Below, in pieces: positions 63,445 to 64,000 of a stretch of DNA of 64,000 nucleotides. The translations under genes were made by a program, and so were the position numbers. Numbering within the stretch: position 1 is the first letter of the stretch; each line of letters begins with the position of its first letter. The DNA lies in the IMG/VR virus record IMGVR_UViG_3300044568_006268, positions 1-64,000 of that record; one strand, 5' to 3'. A model generated the notes under the pieces. The model was not told the DNA's origin. It worked only from the letters and a program-made list of their open reading frames with translations, and ran no database searches. The DNA comes from an uncultured virus (IMG/VR IMGVR_UViG_3300044568_006268) (taxonomy: Duplodnaviria; Heunggongvirae; Uroviricota; Caudoviricetes).

Positions 63445-63501
63445 TAAATATAATCAACATTATCTAAAAATGAAAACTTTAGAGCATTTAGTTATTAACA
63501 A
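63445..63501 (-). promoter_or_regulatory. Promoter unit with GTTATTAAC palindrome
   Basis: Palindrome 63491-63499, 46-bp spacing. Confidence 0.65.
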
Positions 63502-63592
63502 ATACAACAAAAGCTCAATCTTACGATTAAGCTTTATCGAAGGTATATTAGGCCATACCAATAACCAGGACCTTTTCCCTAGGGAAATGTCG

Positions 63593-63675
63593 TGACCAAA
63601 GAGGGACTCGAACCCTCACGCTCAAAGAGCACCAGCTTCTTAGACTGGCGTGTCTACCAATTCCACCACTCGGCC
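63593..63675 (-). tRNA. tRNA-Leu (anticodon AAG), long variable arm
   Basis: GGCCGAG..GGUAGACACG CCAGU CU-AAG-AA GCUGG, variable arm GCUC/GAGC, GGUUCGAGUCCC, A73. Confidence 0.85.
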
Positions 63676-63679
63676 GTAA

Positions 63680-63800
63680 TGAGCAATCCTATGGAATTAC
63701 TGCAGTTTATCCAAAGGTCGTATATAGCTTGCAGACTAAGATTCTGCTGGATTTTCACCTTCATAAAGCTGGATATCAACGACCCTTATCGCGATTCTCA
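63680..63800 (-). ncRNA. Unclassified structured RNA between two tRNAs
   Basis: Nested helices UGAG-AAUC/GAUU-G-CUCA, AAGGGUCGU/ACGACCUUU, AGCUU/AAGCU, GCAGA/UCUGC. Confidence 0.55.
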
Positions 63801-63803
63801 TTG

Positions 63804-63877
63804 TACCCGAGATGGGACTCGAACCCACACTGTACAGGGTTTAAGTCTGATGCCTCTTCCAATTGGGCTACCCGGGC
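63804..63877 (-). tRNA. tRNA-Leu (anticodon UAA), short variable loop
   Basis: GCCCGGG/CUCGGGU-A acceptor, CU-UAA-AC loop, GUGGGUUCGAGUCCCAU T arm. Confidence 0.8.
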
Positions 63878-63880
63878 AAA

Positions 63881-64000
63881 TTAAAGAAGTAAGAAAATGA
63901 ACTCCTTAACAGCTGAACGTTCAATAACTTTAAGAATCATTTTGCTTGTATCTCTAGGATTTGCAACTCCTATAAATTCACAAAATGCTTTTTGTTTATT
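63881..64000 (-). CDS. 3' end of a CDS entering from outside the window
   Basis: Open frame ...NKQKAFCEFIGVANPRDTSKMILKVIERSAVKEFIFLLL*. Confidence 0.45.
   Translation of the reverse strand, partial: NKQKAFCEFIGVANPRDTSKMILKVIERSAVKEFIFLLL

Noticed and set aside
63505..63590. Additional ncRNA downstream of tRNA-Leu(AAG)
   Set aside because: Only short hairpins (TTCCCTAGGGAA, GGTAT/ATACC) and a probable terminator; not enough to call.
63730..63770. Hammerhead ribozyme in the inter-tRNA RNA
   Set aside because: Core reads CUUUAUGAA rather than CUGAUGA and lacks a correctly placed GAAA.
63592..63900. 102-aa plus-strand ORF
   Set aside because: Antisense to two tRNAs and the structured spacer.

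Overview
AT-rich segment of a large lytic myovirus (jumbo phage). The host is most likely Bacteroidota: promoters are TAnnTTTG-type, there are no Shine-Dalgarno sites, and one lipoprotein carries D-S-T/V/L sequons. Almost every gene is on the minus strand, many coupled by TAATG overlaps. Bases 1-25.4 kb hold virion tail/baseplate/neck genes with a ribosomal protein S1 gene embedded among them. Bases 25-64 kb are accessory genes: nucleotide metabolism (ndk, dCMP deaminase, gmk, a DHFR-like protein), DNA repair (LigA, UvdE, DenV-like, MBD4-like), and a SmpB + tmRNA pair with a long tag. There are also two collagen-like fibre paralogs, two tRNA-Leu genes flanking an unexplained structured RNA, and about nine genes sharing a T4-like capsid-targeting leader. 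The strongest candidate new system is a four-gene probable cytosine-hypermodification cluster (atypical thymidylate-synthase-fold enzyme, GT-B glycosyltransferase, dNMP kinase, NDP-sugar epimerase) with an MBD4-like glycosylase nearby. Next are the leader-tagged capsid cargo set and a COLGALT1-like glycosyltransferase accompanying G-x-T collagen fibres. All homology calls come from recalled motifs, not database searches.
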